Position numbers and translations under genes: made by a program
The notes under the pieces: model-generated
What the model saw: the letters and a program-made list of their open reading frames with translations, nothing else
Told to the model about the DNA's origin: nothing
Databases searched by the model: none
NCBI RefSeq assembly: GCF_006345805.1
Contig: NC_042999.1
Location: 73,408,001 to 73,472,000 of the forward strand
Origin: Octopus sinensis
Lineage: Eukaryota
Length of the DNA: 64,000 nt
Reading direction: 5' to 3'
Part shown: positions 52,681-64,000 of the stretch, piece by piece
Numbering within the stretch: the stretch's first letter is position 1
Layout of the letters: each line of letters opens with the position of its first letter

Positions 52681-52798
52681 GACCTGATGAGTGACTATAT
52701 TTTAAATAGAATTAATTTTAGATCGATTTAATTTTAAATCGAATTGATTTTCTTATTATTATCTATTTGAAAATATAGCCGCGAAACGCGCGTAGTCT
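52680..52798 (+). ncRNA. Type I hammerhead ribozyme fold with extended stem II
   Basis: AGAC CTGATGA GTGACTATATTTT..(66 nt)..AAAATATAGCCGC GAAA C-GCGC-G TA GTCT. Stem II pairs 12 of 13; perfect ACGCGCGT palindrome; GUA site after 52794. Confidence 0.82.
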
Positions 52799-53026
52799 TT
52801 TCACTACTATTTGCTATTTATTGTTTTTGTACTTTATTGATTTTTAAAATAAGGTTTTTATAGTATATATTTTCTATATGGTGTGAATAACATCTTTCAT
52901 TATTGAATTGTATAATAGAGGTTTTTCTCCAAATTATATACATATATTATATATTGTGAAATTTGATTTAGATTTGCTAAATTAAATTTTTCCTTGTGAG
53001 TTTGGAATTATATTCCCTACTACTAC

Positions 53027-53087
<61 letters not shown>

Positions 53088-53777
53088 ATCTACATATGAT
53101 TGAAAAAGTTTTGGAATCAACAAGAAGGCGTACGGTCTGACATTTATTTTTTAATCACTACAATTCTACAATTGTTTCTACGCAACGTAGTTTTCAATAT
53201 GTGCAGATACTTGATTATGCAACTGTTTCCCTGCATTATGAGATCTAATTGTGTTTCCTCAGGCGATATGTGAATATTGTCTCTGTAAGTTCACATTCTC
53301 GGCTTCAAGACCATCCTGTCTGTCCGTCGTGGCCAGAATTTAGTAGTAGCCACTCAGTTTAACACGGTGTGTTGTTGCTGAAGGACCATCGGCAAACCGC
53401 TTTGAATGTGTAGTTGTAGCGTGATAGTGATTCTGCTACTGTTAAAGTGGTTGCCGTTTTAAATGGATTGGCATATGATTTCTTTGTACTGTTGATTTGT
53501 TCTTCATGGTTGGTTATACATGCAATTGTCTTTAGCTGAGCTTTACGAATCGGCCTATACGTACAAATATACAACCGTTCACATATACATCCATTTGACT
53601 CCAAATTTTTTTTTTCAGTTATCTATTCACACACGACATGTCCAGACGCAAACCTGGAAGTACGTATAATACTACTACTGGATAGCACAGGGTGAAATCC
53701 GAAGGTGGACGAGCTTTATACTGTACTCTACTACGTTCTTAACAGAATATACCATAACAATGTGTGTGTGTGTGTGT

Positions 53778-55663
53778 GCATATTCTATGCATTATCATGT
53801 ATAGAAGTACATATTTGTGCGCATATCCACGAACATGTTTATGTATTATTTTTTATGTATTTATATGTATTTACCCGGTTGCATATATGTGAGGGAACGC
53901 ATGTATAGTTTTGTATATATTTATATATCGGCTATATTATGTACAGATTTATCAGGTTGGACCAGTTACTTAATGGCATATTAAGAAACGACCAAACTAC
54001 TTAGTAATTGCGCTGTTGACACGACACAGTTTTCTCTGAATACCAAAGTCTTTTTTTTTTCTAGCATTTAGACCTCCCTGATTGTGTACCGATAACATAA
54101 TATTACTATGTTATTCTAAGCCGTCCAGTCCTATATTTTAATTAATACACGTTCAACGGCTATTATTAAGGTAATGTTTCTTAATGATTATAAATAGTTA
54201 TAATATTTGTCTACCTTTAATCTGCATTGACTCTATGTGTTAACGTTTCTCAAAACATTCCTATAATTTATATATCGTCTAATACTGTATATTTCATTTC
54301 TTTTTTCTGGCCAAGAAAGCGAGTTGGAAGAATTGTTAGATCGCTGGACAAAATGCATTGCAATAATTCTTCCCACTCTTTACGTTATGAGTTCAAGTTC
54401 TGCTGAGGTTAACTTTACCTTTCGTTCCTCCGGAGTCAATAAAGTATCAGTTATATATTGAGGTCGATGGTATCGACTAGTCCCCTACTCTCCACCTTCA
54501 AAATTGTTGAACTTGTTCCTAAATCAGAAGCAATTACTGTCTTTGTCATAAATTAGTTTATCCCGTCTGAAGTCAAGTATTTTCAAATATCATGATCCTA
54601 ATTAATCCATTATACTTCCATCCAAAATCATCTAAATTTTTTAACATATTTTCTACTGCGCTGAATTCCGTTTTCCGTTTTGCCTTTTTTTTTGTCTTGC
54701 TGCTGTGATTTCTGTGTGTGTGTGTGTGGTGTGTGCATATTCTATGCATTATCATGTATAGAAGTACATATTTGTGCGCATATCCACGAACATGTTTATG
54801 TATTATTTTTATGTATTATATGTATTTACCCGGTTGCATATATGTGAGGGAACGCATGTATAGTTTTGTATATATTTATATATCGGCTATATTATGTACA
54901 GATTTATCAGGTTGGACCAGTTACTTAATGGCATATTAAGAAACGACCAAACTACTTAGTAATTGCGCTGTTGACACGACACAGTTTTCTCTGAATACCA
55001 AAGTCTTTTTTTTTTCTAGCATTTAGACCTCCCTGATTGTGTACCGATAACATAATATTACTATGTTATTCTAAGCCGTCCAGTCCTATATTTTAATTAA
55101 TACACGTTCAACGGCTATTATTAAGGTAATGTTTCTTAATGATTATAAATAGTTATAATATTTGTCTACCTTTAATCTGCATTGACTCTATGTGTTAACG
55201 TTTCTCAAAACATTCCTATAATTTATATATCGTCTAATACTGTATATTTCATTTCTTTTTTCTGGCCAAGAAAGCGAGTTGGAAGAATTGTTAGATCGCT
55301 GGACAAAATGCATTGCAATAATTCTTCCCACTCTTTACGTTATGAGTTCAAGTTCTGCTGAGGTTAACTTTACCTTTCGTTCCTCCGGAGTCAATAAAGT
55401 ATCAGTTATATATTGAGGTCGATGGTATCGACTAGTCCCCTACTCTCCACCTTCAAAATTGTTGAACTTGTTCCTAAATCAGAAGCAATTACTGTCTTTG
55501 TCATAAATTAGTTTATCCCGTCTGAAGTCAAGTATTTTCAAATATCATGATCCTAATTAATCCATTATACTTCCATCCAAAATCATCTAAATTTTTTAAC
55601 ATATTTTCTACTGCGCTGAATTCCGTTTTCCGTTTTGCCTTTTTTTTTGTCTTGCTGCTGTGA

Positions 55664-55680
<17 letters not shown>
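53778..55680. repeat. Tandem duplication, unit about 957 bp, breakpoints in (TG)n
   Basis: gcatattctatgcattatcatg at 53778 and 54735; both copies end ctgctgtgatttc(tg)n. Confidence 0.95.
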
Positions 55681-55701
<21 letters not shown>

Positions 55702-56899
55702 TGTATGTGTGTGTGTGTGCGTGCGTGTGTGCGTGCGTGCGTGTGTTTTGGTATGTTATTTACTGGTCACTTAATTTTCGTTTATGGAGTGGAATCCTCA
55801 GGTAGTCCCAGTACCTCTTTAACACTCTTCCAGCAACTCTAGGGTAAGTGGAGCTCTCTATCCCTGTAAGGCAATTCACCAAGAAGGCCACTCGAATGTG
55901 GTGGTCGGCCCAGAGCTGTAGTACAACACATTTGTTCAAGATACCGTGTGGTGAGACTGAACCCGAAATTTCGTGATTGCAAAGCGAGTTTCTTAACAAC
56001 ACAACCATGCATAGATAGAGAGAAACAGATAGAGAGAAATAGAGAGAAAGAGAGGGAGGGGAAGATGTCGTTTTGTTCTCTTTTGTGCTTATTCATTTCC
56101 TTGCATACATACACAGTCTTCATATCCTTACAGCGTTTACCCTACGTTTCCTTCGTTCATTGTCTTTGACTTTTCATCCTTGTCTTCTCGTGACAAAACA
56201 TGCTGAAAGGAAACAGTTAAGAATAATAGCTCTTTCAGATGTTTACAAAAAGCCGCAGATACTTATGTAACTCAGAGAGTTTGGCTCCATTAAAGCGATT
56301 TCCCTTGATTAATTTCAAGCTAATTCCTAAGCTTGTCAGCTAAAATAGTCTCGGCGGTAAAAAGAGAGGAAGGTACGTACACACACACACAATTAGGAAA
56401 GATTGGTGTAAAGATAGAAAAGAAACAAGAGTAGAAAACAATAAGCTGAACATCAAATGTTATGCAATTGCTCTTTAGCGTAACCAAAAGAGGGTAGCCA
56501 TGAGTGTGGACCGCTCCGGGCGACGTTTTATGGTGGGGGGCAACACTCCTGGGTCTGCTGTATATGCAGTATTAGTTCGGGGAAGGGCGGCAAACAAAAG
56601 GGCTTCCCCACTAGCTATGTTTCTGTAATTGCTATTTCAAATCCCAATCTAAGAAATACGTGAATTCTATCAGAATTCTAAGAATTGATTCTGTTTAAAT
56701 ATTTTAGTGACATGTCGAGAAGATAAAGAATCTAAAATCAAAAAGAACTACGCTAACATTCACCAAAGAAACAAAAAATGGCAACAACCTTGTTGCACAT
56801 TATCATATAAACAGAATTTTTGGCATATAAGACCTGGGAACTTCTTTTTTAAAAAGGTGCCAGAATCTCGTTTTGCTGCTGCTGTTCTTACTAATGATA

Positions 56900-57900
56900 A
56901 TGTCTTTACTTAGTGCTGAGTTAGATTTTATAAAACAGACCTGTGACCTAAGACATATACACGGGCAACCTTTTCCGAGAAGTGGACCATCACCTCGAAG
57001 AATTTTTAGTCGAATGTATCGACACCAATATTTTTTTTTATGATTTTCAAGAAGCACATAGTTAAGCCTAAAAGGTCTTTCTGCATGCTAGAGATAACAA
57101 CCAAATCTTTAAACATTATTTTTATATAATTTCAAATAAACATCGACCACGAGGCTGACAGTGTGTCTTCTCAACAATTCGATGATTTCGTTTTGCATTG
57201 CTACTGAGGTGTAGGTCGCATTTTTTGGAATCGTGCTGTAACATTCCATTAGCTTTGAGTCTTTCTCTAATGTGCACAGGAATAATTTCATAAAAAGACC
57301 ACAAGGCTACGTATCATCTTCCGAATAAAGATCCTGAAAAGCTTCATTTTAGTTTCCTCGAAAAGGCAATTCGTTTGCACAAAGAAAATTAACAACATCA
57401 ACAATGGAACTGATATAACGGTTTTTGCTCAACTGATCATTTTCCAAGTTTGAAGACACGGATGTTGTGGATAAACGCTGTTGACGTTCCTTCCATGTTA
57501 CCATAGCTTGGATATGGGATGCAGAGTTTGCGTGCTTTGTTTTTTTTTTTGCATGATGCCAATCAGAATATCCAATTTTAATAAAACAAGTATCAACTTG
57601 AGCAGAAGTATTTAATTGCCGACAAGCAAAACAAAACAAGGCTTTCTTTGAAAGAGAATACTCTAACCATGGACGACCAGTATACCAGCTTGACGAGAAG
57701 TCACGTCTCTAATTTCCATAAATTTTTGGATCAAATTTTGATAGAACTGGCTGCACTGGTTGGCAGTCGACCTGTCCTAGATCATCCAATGAGGGTGTCA
57801 AATACTTTGCAAGACCTCCCTTGAGCTGCGAAACTTCGTTTGCAATTCTCTTCTGCTTAAGATTATTAGATGAATCAGATTGGAAATTCAGCAATGATTA
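56900..57900 (-). mobile_element. Decayed hAT-related transposase (ZMYM1/DUF4371-like, TTF-type zinc finger)
   Basis: FCFACRQ..F.KIGYSDWHHA..HANSASHIQAM..W, FLCANELPFRG, NATYTSVAMQNEII; frameshifts. Confidence 0.8.
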
Positions 57901-58599
57901 CTTCAGTTTTCTTTTTCGGTAGTGATTCATTATTTTTGGGCACCGATATTCGCAATAATTTATTCTAAGGTAGAATATCGTAGTAAGAGTAACAATTTCT
58001 TAAAATTTATGTATTTTTTAATTAAACTCGAAAGAGATTTCGGGACAAGTATATTTTTTTATTTCTTCAAAGTTATGCTTTTTTAGTTAAACACAAAATA
58101 ATTTCAGTAAGAAAAATTATTCAGTGAAAGTTCTCACCTGAAAAATACTTTCTGAATGTATATTTTGGGAAATTTCAAAAATTTTCTTTCGTTTTTCGCG
58201 AATAATAATCCTCTCTGACTAGTAGAAATAAAATGACTTTTTAATGTCCGTCTCTGTTCCGTGTGTAGTGAAGCGTTTACAACCATAAATCTCTAACTAC
58301 AGCAACAATTCATATTTTCAACAGCAACAAGGACAATCACCAGCACCGCCGTCGCCACAACGAGCACCACAACAACAACAATAACAACTGACCCATCATC
58401 ACCCACTCCTTAATTCAACCCACAGTTGATGACTGGGTCAGCAGCCGATTCTGCGACAATTACAGCTACAACAAACACTTTGACCAACTCTAATTTACCC
58501 AAATTTTCATATCCCTAACTACTAAAGCAAAAGAAATTCAATTTATTGCATCTTTAGCGACTTCAGATATTGCTTAAGGTGGCAATCTTTCAAAAGTGG

Positions 58600-58880
58600 A
58601 TAAAACAAAATTCTCATTACTGGGATGGAGGGGCTGAGATTCTAACTAGGGACACACACACTTTGATGACTGTCTTTGTAAATGGCCCTCATAAGCCATA
58701 TGTATACACTCCTAGTTTCCTTAGCAACCACAACATTACAGGGTGTGGAAACCAGTAAAAGGTTTTCTTCTAGTTAACAAACGCTATGCATAGAAACTTA
58801 CACCTAGCTAAATAGTTCTCCTACACTATTGCATTAGTGGTACCTCTTCTTAGTACAAAGTTGAACTCCATCACATTCAA
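58600..58880 (-). mobile_element. RTE-type RT fragment
   Basis: IAFVN*KKTFYWFPHPVMLWLLRKLGV..WLMRAIYKD resembles AFVDLEKAFDRVP..WWALRKLGV. Confidence 0.6.
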
Positions 58881-59220
58881 CACACTTCTATTTCTAACAT
58901 TTAATTTACAAGGTCATTTACAAGAGTTAGTCCTCAAATGATAATTTGTGTTTTATATATTTTCATTTCTTCCTAATTCCATTTGAAAACATAAATTATT
59001 TACAGCATACAAGACACATATTACATATTCAAAAACACACAAAAACTGTTGACTTCATTTAATCATTTACCATTTAAAATGGCCATATTTAGTCCATATA
59101 TTCTACCTGTTTATGTTCACACTGGCCACATCCAGCCTCTTAATGTTAGACTAAAAAATATACAATCACATCATCGAAATCTTGAAGCTACAAGATAATG
59201 CAGGATAAATTCAAAACAAT

Positions 59221-60490
59221 CATCATCATCATTTAACTCCGTTTTCCATGCTGGCATGGGTTGGACGGTTTGACTGAGGTCTGGAGAGCCAGCGGCTGCA
59301 CCAGGGTCCAATCTTATCTAGCAATGTTTCTACAGCTGGATACCATTCCTAATGCCAACCACTCCGAGAGTGTAGTCGGTGCTTTCTATGTGCTACCGGC
59401 ACAAGAGCCAGTCCGGAGGGTCTAGCATTGATCACGCTCGGGTAGTGCTTTTTACGTGCCACTGGCATGGGAGCCAGTCAGGGGTACTGACATCGGCCAC
59501 ATTCAAATGGTGTTTTTTATGTGCCACCGGCACGGGAGCCAGTCAGGCGGGCCTGGCATCGACCACGTTCGGGTAGTGCACTTGCCACAGCTACGATTCT
59601 GGTTTTAGTTGATTCAACAAGTCTTCTCAAGCATATCATATCGCCCGACGCATCAAGTGTACTCTTAAACGGGCCGAATATGCAACACTGGCATCGGCCA
59701 TGGCTGCGATCTCATTTTAGTTGCCGGGCCTTCTCAATCACAGTATATCTCCAAAGGTCTGGGTTTCCTGTCATTGCCTCTGTGAGGCCCAACGTTCGAT
59801 GGTCATGCTTCAACACCTCATCCCATGTCTTCCTAGGTCTACCTTTCAACAAGTTCCTTCCACAGTTAAGGTGTGGCACTTCCTTACACAGCTGTCCACA
59901 TCCATATTTAACACATGACCATACCAGTGCAGTCATCTTTCTTGCACACCATATTTGATGCTTCTTATGTCCAACTTTTCTCTCAGGGCGCATACTGACA
60001 TTACACATCATACTAGCTTCATTTCTTTCAAGCCTATGCATTTCCTCAGCAGCTATGGCCCATGTTTCACTGCCGTGTAACATGGTAGTTCGCACACATG
60101 CATCATACAGTCTACCTTTCATCCTGAGCAAGAGGCCCTTAGTTGCCATCAGAGGTAGGAGCTCCCTCAACTTTGCCCAGGCTATTTTTATTCTAGCCGC
60201 CACACTCTCAGAGCAACCACTCCCTCTACAGATTTGGTCACCTAGGTAGCAAAAGCTATCGACTACTAGTTTTTCCCTCTGGCATCTGAAGGAATCTATT
60301 TTCTGTACATCTTCAGTGTTTATTGCCCCTGTGCACTTGCCACACACAAAAACTATCTCCCCAGTTAACCTTACTTTGATATTGCTGCACCATTTATGTC
60401 CATAGCTTACACAGGGTACATCATATGGAGTTTCTACCCAGGCCTTTTCTATAGTTCAAGCAGGACCATCTACCTGAAGGGGTTTGTGAT
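59221..60490 (-). mobile_element. RTE-clade LINE 3' part with 3' UTR and (GAT)n tail
   Basis: FCYLGDQI, ARIKIAWAKLRELLP, MLHGSETW, GRPRKTWDEV; upstream Cys-rich finger; (CAT)n at 59221 on the + strand. Confidence 0.88.
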
Positions 60491-61745
60491 TTGTCAGCCT
60501 TCCAAATAAGAGTTACATTTGACAAAATAATCTGAATGTTAAAGGGTTAGACATTTATTATTTGGTGTCAGTGAAAGTGTGTCAGCGACCAGGTCACAGA
60601 ATTTGTAGCAATAATTTTTACACCAGATAATAAATGTTTAAATGAAGCTAACAGTTTTGTATGTTTTTAAATGGCTAGCATATATTTTTCATGCTGTATT
60701 TGCTTTAGTTTCAGCACCAATCAAATCACTTGTTAGATAAGAACATCATTGAAATACAAGTTTTTTCTTTTTTTTGTTATTTTCCGCCTTTAGAAAATAT
60801 TTCTGAAAAATTTTATTGTTAGGATTTATTATTAGTCATTAATACTAGGTTCTCCGCAATTGTAGCTTGGTTTCAGTTTATTTTATTTGTTTGTTTTAAG
60901 GGATGTAACCAAAAAGAGACAAAATTTAATATTTTAATACGTTTTCATATGTAGATTTCTTTTGACTATTTTCAAAGCCAATATTCGTCCAGAAGAGTGA
61001 ATAGCAATATAGTATTGCTACTTTTTTTTGCAATCAACACTACTCATCCACTCACAGCTCACTTAGAAGAGTAAAAAGAAAAACTCAGCTCAGGTGTGAG
61101 TTGAACTCAAAACAGAGAATGATAAAATTAAATAGTGTAGTAAATTTAGTCCATTACTGCCAAATGACTGCCCTTCTATTCTCAAATGGTAGTAGCTTTT
61201 TGATAGATTGTATTAGAAAGAACTTTAGTTTTTCTGTCCTTCTTTCCTTTTTTTTTTCTTTTGTAATCCAAATATGGTAAGTTCACACCTCTCTGAGGAT
61301 GTTAATAAACAAGAAAAATAATACTTCGATTTCTAATTTTCACAGTTAATAAGCATTTTGTTACACTTGCCAATATTGTTACTGTTGACAAGTTGAAACA
61401 ACTTTCAACCATTCAAATGGGAAGTTCTATCATCATGGTTTAGTTGATAATTTATTTATCTAAAATATTTCCAGTTTTCTTTATGTATTTATTACAGTAT
61501 AATGAACAAATTATTCCTCATTATAATGTAATAAATGTTTGGAATCCCCCTTTTTCCTTTCTTATTCCTTTTTTTTCCTCTTCTTTGAAGGTTTTACTGT
61601 TTTTTTTCTTTTTGGGTTTTTATTGTTTTTTGTTTCCTTTGAAAGAATTCAGACAATCCACCACCACTTTTGTCTCTAGTGGTCCCAGCAGAGAAAAAAA
61701 AGACATTAAACCAGTTGATCACTGCTAACATAATTCTGTGGATAT

Positions 61746-61908
61746 CTAGCTATTGCAAGAACAACATCTGTTTTGGAAGCAAATAGCAGCTATGATGATA
61801 AGGATGAAGGCAACAGCCAGCACAGTTCCAGTAGCAAACATTTCTCCCATTGATAAGCCACTTTGACCAGGTTGAAGGGCTTCATCATCATCAAACATTG
61901 GAGTGTCG
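61746..61908 (-). CDS. Last coding exon of a host single-pass membrane protein (DTPMFDDDEALQPGQSGLSMGEMFATGTVLAVAFILIIIAAICFQNRCCSCNS*)
   Basis: Very strong acceptor (ttctgtttcttttttctccctag), open frame to TAG, roughly 20-aa hydrophobic segment, and short Cys-rich tail. Upstream exons probably lie beyond 64000. Confidence 0.75.
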
Positions 61909-62019
61909 CTAGGGAGAAAAAAGAAACAGAAAAAAAAGCAGAAACAAGTTAATTATCATATAAACAATAAAAAATTAAGCAGTAAGACTGACAAATATAA
62001 TAAACTTTAACAATTTCAT

Positions 62020-62435
62020 CATCATCATCATTTCATGTGGGTTTTCCATGTTGATATCGGTTAAGGGATTTGACAGAATTCAGGAAGCCATAGGGCTGCA
62101 GTGAGTACCAATGTCAACTTTGGTGTGTTTTCTATGGCTGGATACCCTTCCCAATGTCTTCTACCTTAATTTTTTTTTTATACTCAATTGTTACAGCATA
62201 CAAATTTTTGCCAATGATAAAGTATGTGTGAACATCATTCGTCAATACAAAAAGATTTGGAAAATGTTGATAGTCATCATCATCCTCATTTAATGTCCAA
62301 TCTCCATGCTGGCAAGGGTTATGTGGTTTGACTGAAGCTGATAAACCAGAGACCTCAATCAGGTTCCAGGCTGATTTGGCATGGTTTCAACAGCTGGATG
62401 CGCTCCCTAACACCAACCACTCCAGGGGTGTAATG
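62020..62435 (-). mobile_element. Two stacked RTE-type 3'-end fragments with (GAT)n tails
   Basis: catcat..ttttccatg, ctggatac/gccctt..ccaac motifs shared with 59221-59390. Confidence 0.55.
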
Positions 62436-62640
62436 GGTGCCATTTACATGACACCAACAACAACCACAACTACGATTCACAGGGACCATTTACAGGACGC
62501 CAGCAATGACCACGACTACAATGCACGAGTGCCATTTATATGGCACCAGCATCAACCACAACTATGATTCACAGGTGCTCTTTACATGACACCATCAATG
62601 ACCAGAACTACAATTCATAGGTGCCATTTACCATAGGTGC
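62436..62640. repeat. 46-bp minisatellite, four full units plus a partial unit, with alternating variants
   Basis: Unit starts at 62436, 62482, 62528, 62574 and 62620. Confidence 0.9.
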
Positions 62641-62681
62641 CAATTCATAGGAGACCCTACCAACATATTTAATTTTACAAA

Positions 62682-62757
<76 letters not shown>

Positions 62758-62759
<2 letters not shown>

Positions 62760-62915
62760 ACAGGCTTCTTTCAGTTTCCGTCTACCAAATCCACTCACAA
62801 GGCTTTGGTTGGCCCGAGGCTAGAGTAGACGACACTTGCCCAAAGTGCCACACAGTGAGACTGAACCCGGAACCATGTGGCTGGTAAGCAAGCTACTTAC
62901 CTCACAGCCACTCCT
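62758..62915 (-). mobile_element. tRNA-derived SINE
   Basis: Same family as 27675-27825. Confidence 0.85.
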
Positions 62916-63149
62916 GTCCCTATAACGTATAACATCCTTTTTTTTTTTTCAGATTCTTCAGTTTTTGGGTGACCCATGCTAACAGCTTTTGAATGAAAAT
63001 AGCCCATCTAGACATTTTTTTTTCAGAAAATGAAAGGTAATGATATATATTAAGCATACATTGAGTATATATTTAACAGAAAACCATAATAATAATATAA
63101 CATTTATTGACATAATGAATTATTTAGCCACATTAGTGCCATTTCAACA

Positions 63150-63990
63150 GATAACTTCAAAAATCCTATTAGTCATGGAGTCTGTCAATTTCTTAATAGT
63201 AGCAGACTGGACTGCCTCTGCTGCAGCTTTGATGGTCACCCATAAGACATCTTTCAACATAAATTGGCATAAACATCTTGTTTAATGATGTACCAAAGAT
63301 TTTCAATAGGGTTGAGATTCAGAGATGCTAGCAGCCACACCATCAATCTTTCACCTTGTATGCCGTTAAGACCCTAGGAATGCTTGGATGGTCCCAGCAG
63401 AGTGGGAGGGAGTGATGACATGCATGAATATGAGATTCCTTAGAAGTGACAGCAGTATGTCATCTAACCAAAGATCCAAGACCTCCTCCATGAGATTGTA
63501 GTAGGTGGCTGCAGTCACTTTAACCTCTTCGGGCACCCTAACTGGACCAACAGGTCTCTCCTCGATGACACCAGCCCACAACATGACTCCTCAACCCTGT
63601 TGTTGATATTGTAAACGTTGGTGACACTCATCTCCAGAACAGACCCAAACATTTGCCCACCCATCAGATTCAAGTGTCAACCTGATTTCGTCAGTGAACA
63701 GAATGCAACTCAAGTCTAACATCATGTACTTTTGGGCTCACTGAAGCCTCAAACTCATGTGAGGAGGCAGTTTCAGGATTCTCGCATGGAAGCCATGGTT
63801 CGATTTCTGGTGGTTTTCGGTACATGAGTAAGTCCAGAGGTAGTGAAAATAGCTTTGATTGTCTGTCCTGGTTTCCCATGTAACTTGCGACCAATATTCC
63901 TTAAATCCCTAGCTATCATAGTCTTGGAGGTCCCACAATCGGATTGTTTCTTCTTTGGTGCTCATGTGGCTGAATAATTCATTATGTCAA
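63150..63990 (-). mobile_element. Decayed Tc1-like transposase
   Basis: FTDE, GVMLWAG, decayed DNAPSH (VITPSH), and LNPIENLW. Confidence 0.85.
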
Positions 63991-64000
63991 TAAATGTTAT

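Noticed and set aside
60291-60316. Minus-strand CTGAAGA TGTACA GAAA ATAGAT TC
   Set aside because: Stem II is only 2 bp, there is no stem I, and it lies inside RTE coding sequence; likely chance.
62436-62640. CRISPR-like array of hairpin repeats
   Set aside because: The inter-hairpin segments are homologous to each other rather than unique spacers; the context is eukaryotic and there are no cas genes.

Overview
This is an AT-rich, microsatellite-dense eukaryotic window with no prokaryotic features. The SINE, RTE and R4 repeat families resemble those of octopod cephalopods; that taxon call is inferred from repeat content, not from a database search. Most of the window is transposon-derived. 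Bases 1-10.2 kb hold a cluster of R4/Dong-type (restriction-like endonuclease) non-LTR retrotransposons sitting on (TAA)n tracts. One near-full-length copy is split by a young, GC-balanced CR1-type LINE with a clean 5-bp target-site duplication (TSD) and an intact 781-aa RT frame. The rest contains tRNA-derived SINEs, MITEs, a Helitron-like element, RTE, mariner, Tc1 and hAT relics, and two roughly 1-1.5 kb tandem duplications that break inside microsatellites. One convincing host exon was missed by the ORF track: a terminal exon with a transmembrane segment at 61746-61908 (-). A tentative phase-compatible exon chain runs from 33.3 to 18.1 kb (-). The main hidden signal is a set of six type I hammerhead-ribozyme folds on both strands, from five unrelated sequence contexts, five of them next to (TA)n or (TTA)n tracts. 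They include a core variant (CCGACGA), a fold with a long structured stem II insertion, and a fold whose stem I arm can be sequestered by an upstream hairpin. No true tRNA, rRNA or CRISPR array is supported. All structures were derived by hand pairing, not computed.
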